Below, in pieces: positions 31,041 to 41,027 of a stretch of 64,000 nt of DNA. The position numbers and the translations under genes are program-made. This DNA comes from an uncultured virus (IMG/VR IMGVR_UViG_3300043443_000309) (Duplodnaviria > Heunggongvirae > Uroviricota > Caudoviricetes). The stretch is taken from the IMG/VR virus record IMGVR_UViG_3300043443_000309. One strand, written 5' to 3'. The notes under the pieces were generated by a model that worked only from the letters and a program-made list of their open reading frames with translations, was not told where the DNA came from and did no database searches. Positions within the stretch are counted from its first letter, which is position 1. Each line of letters starts with the position of its first letter.

Positions 31041-31460
31041 ATGTCTGAAGCTTTCATCTATAGTGCCGGTCTTGGAAATGTTGGTTCATACCAAGTCTCC
31101 GGTATACCATTCGTTACTGGTGGTGTCGATGCATCGTCAGCAACTAAGATCTCATTTCCGTATGTTACTCGATGGGTTCAAGTTGTAAATACTGGTGATG
31201 GCATGGCTAGAGTGGGATTTTCAGAGAACGGTGTAGAAGGTACCAAATACATTACTGTTCCAAACATTACAGTTGGTGGTGTAGGCACTGCTCTACCACC
31301 AATCTCCAGCATCTTTGAAGTAAAGGTAACTGAACTTTGGATTTCTGGTTCTAACAGTGTTGATGTTATCGCCGGTCTAACCAACATTCCGACTGCTAGA
31401 ATTGATAATTCAGCAAATTCCCCTTCTGGATCTAACTGGTCCGGTTCGGCAAACGTATAA
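31041..31460 (+). CDS. Hypothetical beta-rich virion protein
   Basis: Gly/Ser/Val-rich 139 aa; ACTACTTAA at 31013. Confidence 0.55.
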   Translation: MSEAFIYSAGLGNVGSYQVSGIPFVTGGVDASSATKISFPYVTRWVQVVNTGDGMARVGFSENGVEGTKYITVPNITVGGVGTALPPISSIFEVKVTELWISGSNSVDVIAGLTNIPTARIDNSANSPSGSNWSGSANV

Positions 31461-31475
31461 TAATAAGAAGGATTT

Positions 31476-31700
31476 ATGAAGCGTTATAACTGTTCGCGTC
31501 CAGCACATGTGACTGTAGAAGTGCGAGATGGACAATCGATTACTACAGCAATCAAGAAATTTATGAAGAAGGTTAAGAGAAGCGGCATTATTGAAGAGTA
31601 TCGTCGCTCTCTAGAATACGAGAAGCCCTCCGACAAGCGTAAGCGTAAGGCCCGTCGTCGTGAGAAGGTATTGAAGAAACTTCGTCAGAATCGGAAGTGA
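31476..31700 (+). CDS. rpsU: Phage-encoded 30S ribosomal protein bS21
   Basis: VEVRDGQSITTAIKKFMKKVKRSGIIEEYRRSLEYEKPSDKRKRK matches the bS21 pattern (V.V...E..E.AL+RFK+.....G...E.R....YEKPS..R+RK). Confidence 0.9.
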   Translation: MKRYNCSRPAHVTVEVRDGQSITTAIKKFMKKVKRSGIIEEYRRSLEYEKPSDKRKRKARRREKVLKKLRQNRK

Positions 31701-31721
31701 TGGTTTTTGGGATAACTGAAT

Positions 31722-31730
31722 ACTATTTAT
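31722..31730 (+). promoter_or_regulatory. Putative late promoter ACTATTTAT
   Basis: Upstream of the scaffold and capsid genes. Confidence 0.7.
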
Positions 31731-31764
31731 TTTGAGTTTTTCTATTAAGTAACGGAGTATCTAA

Positions 31765-32919
31765 ATGTCATCACTTTTGGAACAAGCAATTATTGACGCC
31801 AAGGAGCTACGCGAAGCAGCCCTTCGATTTGCAGAAAATCAAGTTATTGAGAAACACGCTAGCGAACTAAAGAACGCAATTGATACGTTTCTCAACGAAC
31901 AAGAAGATCCTGCCGCCGATCCAATGGCCGCTGTTGCTCCCGCACCCGCAGGCGACGTTGTTCCAGAAGCTATTCCAGATGCCGCGACACTTGGAACTGC
32001 TAATGAGCCAAAGACTTCTGAAGACGAAGACATTGTTACAGTTTCAATGGAAGATCTTCGTACTATGCTTTCGGCTTATGAAGACCAAGACATCCCACCA
32101 GAAGATCTAAAAGATCCATTTGAGATCCTTGGTGATGAGAGTATGGATGACGGCGAAGAGGAGCCAGAGAGTGTTGAATTTGACATTGGTTCTGTCGAAA
32201 AGCAAGCTCCACCAGAGCCAGCCGCCATGTCCGGTCTAATGGAAGAAGTTCGTCGTTTCATAAATGAAACTGAAACAGTTCACTTGGAAGAGGAATACGA
32301 ACTAGAAGAAGAAGACGAGGAAGAAGACGAGGAAGAAGAAGGTGAAGACCTTCAAGCCCTCGTAGAAGAATTAGTTGTTGACATCATGGACGGACAACAT
32401 GCTGGCGGTTGGGCCGGTCGTCCAGAGACAGATCGACAAGAACAAGAGAAAGTCAATCTTGCCCGTTTGGCAGACACCAAGCGTCAACAAGAACTAAAGG
32501 ACTTACAAGATGGTATGAAGAAACTGGCTGGTATCAATGAAACATTGAAAAACCAGAACACCGTCTTGAATGAAACAGTTTCTGCGCTCAAGAATAAACT
32601 TGAGCAACTAAATCTAAGCAATGCAAAACTTCTGTACCAGAATGAGGTTCTTACAAATGCCTCGTTGAATGAGCGACAAAAAACACAAGTTGTCGAATCC
32701 ATTCGTAAGGCTCAGACTGTTACGGAAGCGAAGGTTATTTTTGAAACCCTTCAAAGTGCAGCGGCTGCTGGCTCCACAGGAACCGGCAGGAAACTTGAAT
32801 CCCTTCACGAAGCAATCAACAGACCTTCTCGCACATTCCCTGCAAGACAGAATTCAGTTCCCGATACTGATCTAGGTCAGTTCGATTACTGGAAGAAGTT
32901 AGCAGGCATTCAAAAGTAA
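31765..32919 (+). CDS. Prohead core scaffolding protein (gp22-like)
   Basis: Acidic coiled-coil protein immediately upstream of the major capsid gene; LNLSNAKLLY segment; Glu-rich tract. Confidence 0.75.
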   Translation: MSSLLEQAIIDAKELREAALRFAENQVIEKHASELKNAIDTFLNEQEDPAADPMAAVAPAPAGDVVPEAIPDAATLGTANEPKTSEDEDIVTVSMEDLRTMLSAYEDQDIPPEDLKDPFEILGDESMDDGEEEPESVEFDIGSVEKQAPPEPAAMSGLMEEVRRFINETETVHLEEEYELEEEDEEEDEEEEGEDLQALVEELVVDIMDGQHAGGWAGRPETDRQEQEKVNLARLADTKRQQELKDLQDGMKKLAGINETLKNQNTVLNETVSALKNKLEQLNLSNAKLLYQNEVLTNASLNERQKTQVVESIRKAQTVTEAKVIFETLQSAAAAGSTGTGRKLESLHEAINRPSRTFPARQNSVPDTDLGQFDYWKKLAGIQK

Positions 32920-32951
32920 AGCAAATCCTAAAAATAAAGGGGGTGATAATT

Positions 32952-34667
32952 ATGTCTCGTAATCTTATTGAAAGATTGACTGAAGGCGTCGTAAACCGCG
33001 ACCTCCAGAAAGAAGGTGCTGCTCTGCTCTCAAAGTGGGAGAAGACAGGTCTTCTTGAAGGACTCAGCGGCGACCATACCCGTGCTGGTATGGCTCGTCT
33101 TCTAGAAAATCAAGCTAAGCAACTCCTCAAGGAGTCTTCATCTATGGGCGCTGGTGACGTTCAAGGCTTCGCAGCCGTAGCGTTCCCACTCGTCCGTCGC
33201 GTTTTCGCTGGTCTATTGGCCAATGATCTCGTTAGCGTTCAACCAATGAGCCTTCCATCAGGTCTCATTTTCTTCCTTGACTTCACAACTTCAACAAGTG
33301 GTGCTGGTCTCCCAAGACTAGGCTATGGTAGCTCGGAAGGTTCTCTCTATGGTGGTGGCGTTGTTGCAAGCCAAATCACTGGTGGTGTTACCCTTGGTGA
33401 TACAGGTCCATACAACCTAAACAACGGTTATGCTTCGCCAACAGGCTCAGCAACACCGGTATTGACAATCAAAGCTTCTGGTACTCTAGGTGCCGGTGGC
33501 GCTCTTGACGCATTAGTCCGTTTCGACCCAGATCTTGCATCTGGTTCAATAGCCTTGGTTGCCGATTTGGATGTTTCAGCAATTGACGACGCTAACTACG
33601 ATAACCTTGTAGCTTGGCAACTAGCTGATGCCAACATCTCTGGTACCATCGTGCGCCGTCTAACCCAAGTTTCTGGTACCACCAGAGACGTTAGTGGCCG
33701 TCCAGATACCTTGCGTATAGTCTTCGCTGCTAACGCAGGTTCTACTGCTGCAACTCTCTCTAGCTCCATCGTCGGTGCAACCTTGACAAACGATCTTAAG
33801 TACCCATTGAAGGATGCCTTCACTGGTGCAAACGCGCTCGGCTCGGTTAAGGGCACTTCTACATGGGGTCTTGAAGACAATGCCTTCATCCCAGAGATTG
33901 ACATCAAAGTTGATTCAGTTGCCGTCACAGCCGTTAGCAAGAAGCTCAAGGCCAAGTGGACACCAGAGTTGGGTCAAGACCTCAACGCTTACCACAACCT
34001 CGATGCTGAAGTTGAACTTACCTCAATCCTCTCTGAGCAAATCGCTCTCGAAATCGACCGCGAAATTCTTGAGGACTTGATCAAGGGTGCAACTGCTGGT
34101 ACTTACTACTGGTCACGCTCTCCCGGTCTCTTCGTCAACCGTACAACCGGTGTCGAAGTTGGTGCTGCTTCTGCTGCTCCAGAATTCACTGGCAACGTAT
34201 CAATGTGGTACGAAACCCTCATCGAAACCATCAATGACGTTTCTGCACAAATCCATCGCAAGACCCTTCGTGGTGGCGCTAACTTCGTCGTAACATCGCC
34301 AGAAGTTGCCAACATCCTAGAGTTCACCGCTGGTTTCCGTGCCTCCGTCACTGCTGACGATGAGCGTGGTTCAATCGGCGCTGTCAAGGTCGGTTCAATC
34401 TCTAAGAAGTTCGACGTTCACGTTGATCCTTACTTCCCCCGTAACCTCGTCCTCGTTGGCCGTCGCGGTGGAAGCTTCCTAGAGAGCGGCTATGTCTACG
34501 CTCCTTACGTCCCACTACAAGTCACTCCTACCATCTTTGGTACTGAGGACTTCGTACCTCGTAAGGGTGTCATGACCCGCTACGCCAAGAAGATGGTTCG
34601 CCCCGACATGTACGGCTTGGTCGTCGTTCGTGGCCTCCTCGGTGAAGGCGGAGCTTCAAGCGCCTGA
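32952..34667 (+). CDS. Major capsid protein (T4 gp23-like)
   Basis: LLENQ, PLVRR, VQPMSLPSGLIF, KLKAKWTPELGQDLNAYH, YAPYVPL and PRKGVMTRYA motifs. Confidence 0.97.
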   Translation: MSRNLIERLTEGVVNRDLQKEGAALLSKWEKTGLLEGLSGDHTRAGMARLLENQAKQLLKESSSMGAGDVQGFAAVAFPLVRRVFAGLLANDLVSVQPMSLPSGLIFFLDFTTSTSGAGLPRLGYGSSEGSLYGGGVVASQITGGVTLGDTGPYNLNNGYASPTGSATPVLTIKASGTLGAGGALDALVRFDPDLASGSIALVADLDVSAIDDANYDNLVAWQLADANISGTIVRRLTQVSGTTRDVSGRPDTLRIVFAANAGSTAATLSSSIVGATLTNDLKYPLKDAFTGANALGSVKGTSTWGLEDNAFIPEIDIKVDSVAVTAVSKKLKAKWTPELGQDLNAYHNLDAEVELTSILSEQIALEIDREILEDLIKGATAGTYYWSRSPGLFVNRTTGVEVGAASAAPEFTGNVSMWYETLIETINDVSAQIHRKTLRGGANFVVTSPEVANILEFTAGFRASVTADDERGSIGAVKVGSISKKFDVHVDPYFPRNLVLVGRRGGSFLESGYVYAPYVPLQVTPTIFGTEDFVPRKGVMTRYAKKMVRPDMYGLVVVRGLLGEGGASSA

Positions 34668-34692
34668 TAGAGTATAGCTTCGGCTAATCTCT

Positions 34693-34728
34693 GGCCTCGG
34701 TCCTTCGGGATCGGGGCCTTTTTCTTTT
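34693..34728 (+). terminator. Intrinsic terminator after the capsid gene
   Basis: ggcctcggtcc-TTCG-ggatcggggcc followed by a T-tract. Confidence 0.9.
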
Positions 34729-34773
34729 GGTGTCAACAAGAACTATTTACATTTACAAACAGGGGGGTTTATC

Positions 34774-35184
34774 ATGGGTAAAAGAAATCAATACAATAGA
34801 AGCACATTTCCACAAGATGTTACTGCTGTCCTATACAACACAGCTAGCGCACAGGTATCACCAACAGGTAGTTTCACTATCAATGCCGACGCAGGGATGT
34901 TAGTTTATCTTCCAGTATCTGGTACTTTCACTGGATCAATTGATGTTGTCGGAATGAGAAATGGACAAAGATTGGAGCTAGTACTACCCGGTCAAGGTTT
35001 CTTGCTATCTTCTTCAGTTAGTGGTGGTAATCTACTTGCTGGTGCTGGGTTTGCGAACACTAGCTCACTATCAGGCTCTACAACTTATGTTTGTTATAAG
35101 GTCGATACGGCAGACATTGGTTCCGGTCCAGTATCGAATGTTCTTCTTCTTGCTAGCTCAGCTTCCTATACTGGCTTTGCTTGA
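34774..35184 (+). CDS. Hypothetical virion protein (possible capsid decoration)
   Basis: Has its own late motif (34742) and terminator; Ser/Gly/Thr-rich; directly after the capsid gene. Confidence 0.45.
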   Translation: MGKRNQYNRSTFPQDVTAVLYNTASAQVSPTGSFTINADAGMLVYLPVSGTFTGSIDVVGMRNGQRLELVLPGQGFLLSSSVSGGNLLAGAGFANTSSLSGSTTYVCYKVDTADIGSGPVSNVLLLASSASYTGFA

Positions 35185-35203
35185 TAAGATAGATTCTCTC
35201 TCT

Positions 35204-35232
35204 AAAGCCGATCCTTTGGGGTCGGCTTTTTT
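35204..35232 (+). terminator. Intrinsic terminator
   Basis: aaagccgatcc-tttg-gggtcggcttt followed by ttt. Confidence 0.85.
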
Positions 35233-35271
35233 ATTTGCCCGTAAACTACTTACTAAAGCGGAGGTTCATCC

Positions 35272-36606
35272 ATGGCTTATCCTTCATACTCGCCGCCAAG
35301 CAGAACGAATGTCTCTATTCTAACATCTACCGGTTCGACTGTAACAACCGGTAATGGTGCTGGTAATCTGGCGTTGTATCCATTCGGTATTTATGCCGAT
35401 CCAGCATCTCCGCGCTATGATGTGAACTTCATCTCAGGTGCTTCTGACCAAGTAGCTTATGTTTATAAGAAACTCGGTGGTGACGTTCTCGATCTAGAAA
35501 TCACGCCGGGAAACGTATACGCCGCTTATGAAGAAGCAGTATTAGAATACTCATACATCATGAACCTTCATCAGTCAAAGAATGCATTACCAAGTTTACT
35601 TGGCAAGACAACCGGTTCATTTGACGAAGATGGAAACTTGCTTGAGGCTTCGCTATCTAGTGCTAGCATAAACCTTCGCTATCCACGTTTTGAGGTGGGG
35701 TATGCTCGTCAGGTGGCTATCGGGTTGGCTAACGAAGCAGGCGTTGCAGGAGGCACTACACCGCATTATCAAGCATCTTTTAGACTTACTAGCAGTGTTC
35801 AAGATTATGACCTACAACAGATCATAGCCAACAACGTTGCATCAAACATAGAACCAGCGACAGGTCAAGCCGTTGCATACTCGGCATCATTCGCTAGTGC
35901 ATCCAGCAATCGCATTACTATACGTCGTGTCTACTATAAATCCCCAGCAGCAGTCTGGAGGTTCTATGGCTATTACGGTGGTTTGAACGTCGTTGGAAAC
36001 CTAAACTACTATGGTCAATTTGCCGACGATACAACATTTGAGATTATTCCTGCTTGGCAGAACAAGTTACAAGCAATGGCGTATGAAGATCACATCTATA
36101 CCAGACTGTCACACTATTCGTATGAGATTTTCAACAACAAGCTTCGTATCTTCCCAATACCAGAAACAGGCATTATCAATCACATGTGGTTTGAGTTTTC
36201 TTTTGATGATGGCGTCGATCCTTGGTCTCCAGTATCTGGTTCTCAAAAGGGATCCGAGCAAGGTGTCTCCAACATGAATACCTTACCATTTGATAATCTT
36301 CCTTACGAACACATCAATGCTATTGGTAAGCAATGGATCCGTCGTTATGCTTTAGCCTTGGTAAAGGAAACACTTGGTCTTATTCGTTCCAAGTTCGGTG
36401 CAATTCCTATCCCCGGTGATAATGTAAGTTTGAACGGTGACGCTCTTATTTCGTCCGCTAGAGAAGAACAAGATAAACTAAAGGAAGAGTTGAAGACTAT
36501 CCTAGACGAGCTAACCTACGCCAAGCTTGCGGAAACGAACGCTACATTGATGGACAGTGTAACCAAGATACAAGAGAAGCTACCACTTCTCATTTACCAA
36601 GGGTGA
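35272..36606 (+). CDS. Neck/head-tail adaptor protein (gp13-like)
   Basis: C-terminal WIRRYALALVKETLGLIRSKF..IPIPGDNVSLNG..L...A.EE matches gp13; late motif at 35245. Confidence 0.8.
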   Translation: MAYPSYSPPSRTNVSILTSTGSTVTTGNGAGNLALYPFGIYADPASPRYDVNFISGASDQVAYVYKKLGGDVLDLEITPGNVYAAYEEAVLEYSYIMNLHQSKNALPSLLGKTTGSFDEDGNLLEASLSSASINLRYPRFEVGYARQVAIGLANEAGVAGGTTPHYQASFRLTSSVQDYDLQQIIANNVASNIEPATGQAVAYSASFASASSNRITIRRVYYKSPAAVWRFYGYYGGLNVVGNLNYYGQFADDTTFEIIPAWQNKLQAMAYEDHIYTRLSHYSYEIFNNKLRIFPIPETGIINHMWFEFSFDDGVDPWSPVSGSQKGSEQGVSNMNTLPFDNLPYEHINAIGKQWIRRYALALVKETLGLIRSKFGAIPIPGDNVSLNGDALISSAREEQDKLKEELKTILDELTYAKLAETNATLMDSVTKIQEKLPLLIYQG

Positions 36607-36609
36607 TAA

Positions 36610-37101
36610 ATGGCTCAGAACAAATGGGTTGAACCAGAGTATGCACCTCCTCCTTTATTCCTCGGACAAAAGGAGAAAGACCTTGTAAAACAAGTTAATG
36701 ACGAATTGCTTGAACGTGTTGTTGGGCAAGAAGTCTTTTATTATGCCATTGACATAAAGACCACTAATTATCATCCACTATACGGTGAAGCAATTGTTAA
36801 GAACTTTCTGCCTCCAGTTCGTGTTTATGCATTGGTCGAATGGTCTTCATACGGCACAATCCAAACAGAAGGTTTTGGATTAGATAAAGCAGCAGAAATC
36901 AATGTACACTTTCATCAACGTCGCTTGCAAGAAGATCAAGACATCTTTGTCCGTGAAGGCGACTTTGTGAAGTATGACGGTCTGTTCTACGAAATCCTAA
37001 CCACATCTGAACCAAAGCAGCTATTCGGTCAAGTAGGCGAATCGCTAGAAGTCATGGCTAAGTGTAAGGTATCCAGAAGAGGACTATTCGATGCCACCTA
37101 A
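36610..37101 (+). CDS. Neck/head-closure protein (gp14-like)
   Basis: Follows the gp13-like gene; HPLYGEA and REGDFV motifs. Confidence 0.65.
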   Translation: MAQNKWVEPEYAPPPLFLGQKEKDLVKQVNDELLERVVGQEVFYYAIDIKTTNYHPLYGEAIVKNFLPPVRVYALVEWSSYGTIQTEGFGLDKAAEINVHFHQRRLQEDQDIFVREGDFVKYDGLFYEILTTSEPKQLFGQVGESLEVMAKCKVSRRGLFDAT

Positions 37102-38023
37102 AAAACCGCAATCGCCCCCAGACAAATTGCCAGAAGATAAGTACGACTTTACTGGTATTGAGAATGCAGATAAGATACTAAGAGAAGTATCAATGATGCC
37201 TTCTACCATTGAAACAATCGATACTGCAATGTTCAAGTATTTAGATGAGACCTTGAACTTGCATGTAAATACAAACAAAGGTTTCACAAAAGTACCAATT
37301 ATCTGGGTATCTGCCGAACGCGCATTTCAAATAAAGAAGAACAGAGATCTTAGAGATGGAAATGATGTTCTGATCTTCCCTATGATAACTCTAGAAAGAA
37401 CCTCTATGGTTAAGGATAGTAGCTTCAAAGGAATAGCATGGTCTCATCTTCCAAATGTAAATGATGAGCAAGGCGCAGTAATTGAAGTTGCAAGAAGAAT
37501 AAATCAAGAAAAGACAGGCAACTTTGTCAATGCAGATAAGAGAAGAAGACAAGCTACATTATCTTCAGGTATTGGTCCCGGACAGAATAACTATCCCGGT
37601 GTTGGTAAGAAGATAGTATACGAAACTTTATCTATGCCAATACCAACTTATGTAAAGACAACCTACAAGGTGTCTATTAGAACTGAATACCAACAACAGA
37701 TAAATGAATTGATTACACCTTTCTTCGTAAGGACTGGTCAGATAAACAATTTCTTCATAAGGCACGAAGGTCATAAATTCGAAGGCTTTATAGAAGGTTC
37801 ATTTGGCCAAGAAAACAATAGTACTTCTTATCAAGACGACGAGAAGATTTATAAAAGTACTATTGACATAAACATCTTAGGCTATCTATTAGGTTCTTCT
37901 ACTAATGAGAATAGGCCAAAAATGGCAATAAGAGAGAATGCGGTACAATTCAAGTTTGGTAAAGAGCAAGTGGTACTAGAGGAAAAACCTAACTATACAA
38001 AGAGTTCTTTCTATAGACGCTGA
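37091..38023 (+). CDS. Tail terminator/completion protein (gp15-like)
   Basis: Between neck and sheath; KVPIIW...ER, FPMITLERTS and P.PTYV.TTY segments. Confidence 0.6.
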   Translation: MPPKKPQSPPDKLPEDKYDFTGIENADKILREVSMMPSTIETIDTAMFKYLDETLNLHVNTNKGFTKVPIIWVSAERAFQIKKNRDLRDGNDVLIFPMITLERTSMVKDSSFKGIAWSHLPNVNDEQGAVIEVARRINQEKTGNFVNADKRRRQATLSSGIGPGQNNYPGVGKKIVYETLSMPIPTYVKTTYKVSIRTEYQQQINELITPFFVRTGQINNFFIRHEGHKFEGFIEGSFGQENNSTSYQDDEKIYKSTIDINILGYLLGSSTNENRPKMAIRENAVQFKFGKEQVVLEEKPNYTKSSFYRR

Positions 38024-38041
38024 CGTTTGGACCAAAAACTA

Positions 38042-38050
38042 ACTATTTAT
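38042..38050 (+). promoter_or_regulatory. Putative late promoter ACTATTTAT
   Basis: Upstream of the sheath gene, which has a GAGGAG SD. Confidence 0.7.
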
Positions 38051-38078
38051 TTATGAAGTTTCTATAGAGGAGAAATCT

Positions 38079-40985
38079 ATGCCAGCTAATAGTTTCAAGT
38101 TTGTCTCACCGGGTATCTTTCTAAACGAGATCGATAACTCGCAAGTTCCACAACTCCCCGGTGCTATCGGTCCAACCGTTATCGGTCGTGCATCGAAGGG
38201 CCGCTCTATGCACCCACTAAACATGCCATCTTTCTCGGATTTCGTTGATGAGTTTGGCTTTCCAAGCGCAGGCGGTGAGATTTCTGAATACAGATCGTCT
38301 AACTTTGCTGGCCCAACATACGGAGCTTATGGCGCTCAAGCTTATCTAAACGCAAACGTTGGTCCCGTAAACTACGTCCGTCTTCTTGGCGTTCCACATC
38401 CTGATGCCGAAGAGGCTGGTTACGCTGGCTGGACTACCATGGATTACAACTCTGGCACTCCTACAATTCGCACTTACAGCACAAATGCTGGTGCTATTGG
38501 TTTGTTCCTCGCTGCTTCTGAGTCGAACGGTAATCACGGAATTGGTACCCTCGGCGCTGTCTTCTACCTAGCAACTGGTAGCATCTTCCTATCTGGTACA
38601 GTTGATAAAACTGGTGCAGAAGGCGAGAAAACAAATGAAGTCATGAAGATTACTGGCGGTTCTGCTGAAGCCACCAACTTTACTGTTACAGTATACGATG
38701 GTGCTGCCGGAAGCTTGGTCAGCCCCGGTACAAAGCTCAAATTCAACTTTGACCGTGATTCAAACCAATTCATTAGAAACGTTTTGAATACCAACCCTGT
38801 TACAACAAACGATGGAATTGTTGATCCAAATACCCTCTCAAAGAATGAGAATGTATACTGGCTTGGTGAATCCTACGAAACTCAAGTTGCTTCTGTTCTA
38901 GCAGGCAAGACAAGCGTTGTTGCTTGGCTCGCTCCTGTTGCTAGTGGTAGCCTTGCAAACAAGAAGAATTACGGTTACATGATGTTCCAAGACGGTACAA
39001 GTCTCAGAGAGAACTCAAACATCATTGATGCTAGAACTGGTTGGTTCTTCGCACAAGATCTCAGCACAGATACTGCTAGCTACGATTACAATACAGCTAC
39101 AAAGCTTTTCCGTTTCCATGGCTTGGATTCTGGCGAATGGACACAGAAGAACGTCAAGATTTCTATCGAAAATCTAACAGTTTCTCCAAACTCCGATGTA
39201 GAAAGCTATGGCAAGTTTAGCGTTGTTGTTAGATCACTTCGCGACAACGACAGTAACCCAATCGTACTAGAACGCTTCGATAACGTAAATCTAAACCCAT
39301 CTTCTGTTGATTACATCGCAGCTAGAATTGGTGACAAGACCAGAAGGTTTGATTACTCTACTAGAACAAACAAGGAATACGGCCAATACGACAATCAATC
39401 ACGTTTCATCCGTGTTGAGGTCAATCCAGCTATTGAAACCGGACTTGGTGTTAGCCCTGTTTCACTACCTTTCGGTGTATTCGGTCCTATCCGTCCTCTA
39501 AGAGTTCTTAACCTAAAGCACGATACAAGCACTTTGCCTTCATCGTACATCTCATCTGGTTCTTGGCCCTCGGCTGATACAACTGCTAAGATCCTAACAG
39601 GCTCTGCCTTGTTCACGGCTTCGGTTGTCTTCCCCGGTACTTCACAACGTGTTTCTGCCTCAGACGGTGGCATCACAGATCCAACCCGTGCGTACTTCGG
39701 AGCAAGAACAACTATCTCAGCCACATCCAATCGTTTCGATGCCAGCGTTCCAGATACACTTCGTTTGTACGGCACTGACGATACCTACCAGAACATTGGT
39801 TTGGCTGGTCTTGACGCTGCTGCTCCATACGAACACCACTGGATCTTCTCGCTAGATGACATCGTGGTACAAGGCACAAATGCTTATTACCAGAGTGGTT
39901 CTCGTATTGCTGGTACTTCTAGAACAGCAACAAGCGGCGGCTACACCGCTGTCATCAATGCTGGATACACAAGATTTACTGCTTTGTTCCAAGGTGGTGT
40001 CGATGGTCTAAACATTCAAGAAGCAGAGCCATTCCAATACAACAGATTGAATGGAGCTACAAAGACAAACTCAGCAGTATTCAATACACTTGAAGTTGCC
40101 GTAGATCTAGCTTCTGATCCCGACATGCTTGAAACAAACATGATTGTTGTTCCCGGTGTTCGTAACTCCAACATCACCGATAAGGTTATTGCTGCTTGTG
40201 AAAACCGTGGTGATGCCTTCACAATCATCGACATTGATGATGGATACGACGCTACAACCGAATCCACACAGTCTTTCAAGAACAGACTAGGAAGTGTTTC
40301 ACTAGCTATTACCAACCTACGCAGCCGTAGATTGAACACTTCATACGCTTGTGCTTACTACCCATGGGTTCAGATCCGCGATCCTCGCGTTGGCTCCTTG
40401 GTCTGGGTACCACCTTCGGTTGTAGTCCTCGGCACAATGGCATCTTCTGAGCGTGTAAGCGAAGTATGGTTTGCACCAGCAGGTTTCAACCGTGGCGGTC
40501 TATCTGCCGGTGCCGGTGGCCTACCAGTTATCAACGTCGCTGAAAAGTTAACTGCTAAGCAACGTGATGACTTGTACCAAGCAAACATCAACCCAATCGC
40601 TTCTTTCCCCTCGGAAGGGATTGTCATCTTCGGTCAGAAGACACTTCAAGTTACACCTTCTGCACTTGACCGCATCAATGTTCGTAGGCTCTTGATCTAC
40701 ATCAAGAAACAAGTCTCAAGATTTGCTACAAGCATCCTTTTCGATCAAAATGTTAGCGTAACTTGGAACCGCTTCAAGTCTGCTGTCGAACCATTCTTGG
40801 CCTCAGTACAAGCAAGACTAGGTTTGACCGAATACAGATTAATTCTCGATGAAACAACCACAACTCCAGACTTGATTGATCGTAACGTATTGTACGCCAA
40901 GATCCTTCTAAAACCAGCAAGAGCTATCGAGTTCATCGCAGTTGACTTCGTAATCTCCAGAACTGGAGCTTCTTTCGAAGACTAA
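38079..40985 (+). CDS. Tail sheath protein (gp18-like)
   Basis: FVSPGIFLNEID, YYPW, WFAPAGFNRG, FGQKTLQ and DRINVRRLL motifs. Confidence 0.96.
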   Translation: MPANSFKFVSPGIFLNEIDNSQVPQLPGAIGPTVIGRASKGRSMHPLNMPSFSDFVDEFGFPSAGGEISEYRSSNFAGPTYGAYGAQAYLNANVGPVNYVRLLGVPHPDAEEAGYAGWTTMDYNSGTPTIRTYSTNAGAIGLFLAASESNGNHGIGTLGAVFYLATGSIFLSGTVDKTGAEGEKTNEVMKITGGSAEATNFTVTVYDGAAGSLVSPGTKLKFNFDRDSNQFIRNVLNTNPVTTNDGIVDPNTLSKNENVYWLGESYETQVASVLAGKTSVVAWLAPVASGSLANKKNYGYMMFQDGTSLRENSNIIDARTGWFFAQDLSTDTASYDYNTATKLFRFHGLDSGEWTQKNVKISIENLTVSPNSDVESYGKFSVVVRSLRDNDSNPIVLERFDNVNLNPSSVDYIAARIGDKTRRFDYSTRTNKEYGQYDNQSRFIRVEVNPAIETGLGVSPVSLPFGVFGPIRPLRVLNLKHDTSTLPSSYISSGSWPSADTTAKILTGSALFTASVVFPGTSQRVSASDGGITDPTRAYFGARTTISATSNRFDASVPDTLRLYGTDDTYQNIGLAGLDAAAPYEHHWIFSLDDIVVQGTNAYYQSGSRIAGTSRTATSGGYTAVINAGYTRFTALFQGGVDGLNIQEAEPFQYNRLNGATKTNSAVFNTLEVAVDLASDPDMLETNMIVVPGVRNSNITDKVIAACENRGDAFTIIDIDDGYDATTESTQSFKNRLGSVSLAITNLRSRRLNTSYACAYYPWVQIRDPRVGSLVWVPPSVVVLGTMASSERVSEVWFAPAGFNRGGLSAGAGGLPVINVAEKLTAKQRDDLYQANINPIASFPSEGIVIFGQKTLQVTPSALDRINVRRLLIYIKKQVSRFATSILFDQNVSVTWNRFKSAVEPFLASVQARLGLTEYRLILDETTTTPDLIDRNVLYAKILLKPARAIEFIAVDFVISRTGASFED

Positions 40986-41027
40986 AACCTAAAGTAGCAC
41001 TATTTACTATAACAAGGAGATAAACAA

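Noticed and set aside
32305..32340. gaagaagacgag repeat in the scaffold gene
   Set aside because: Simply encodes the Glu/Asp-rich tract typical of scaffolds.
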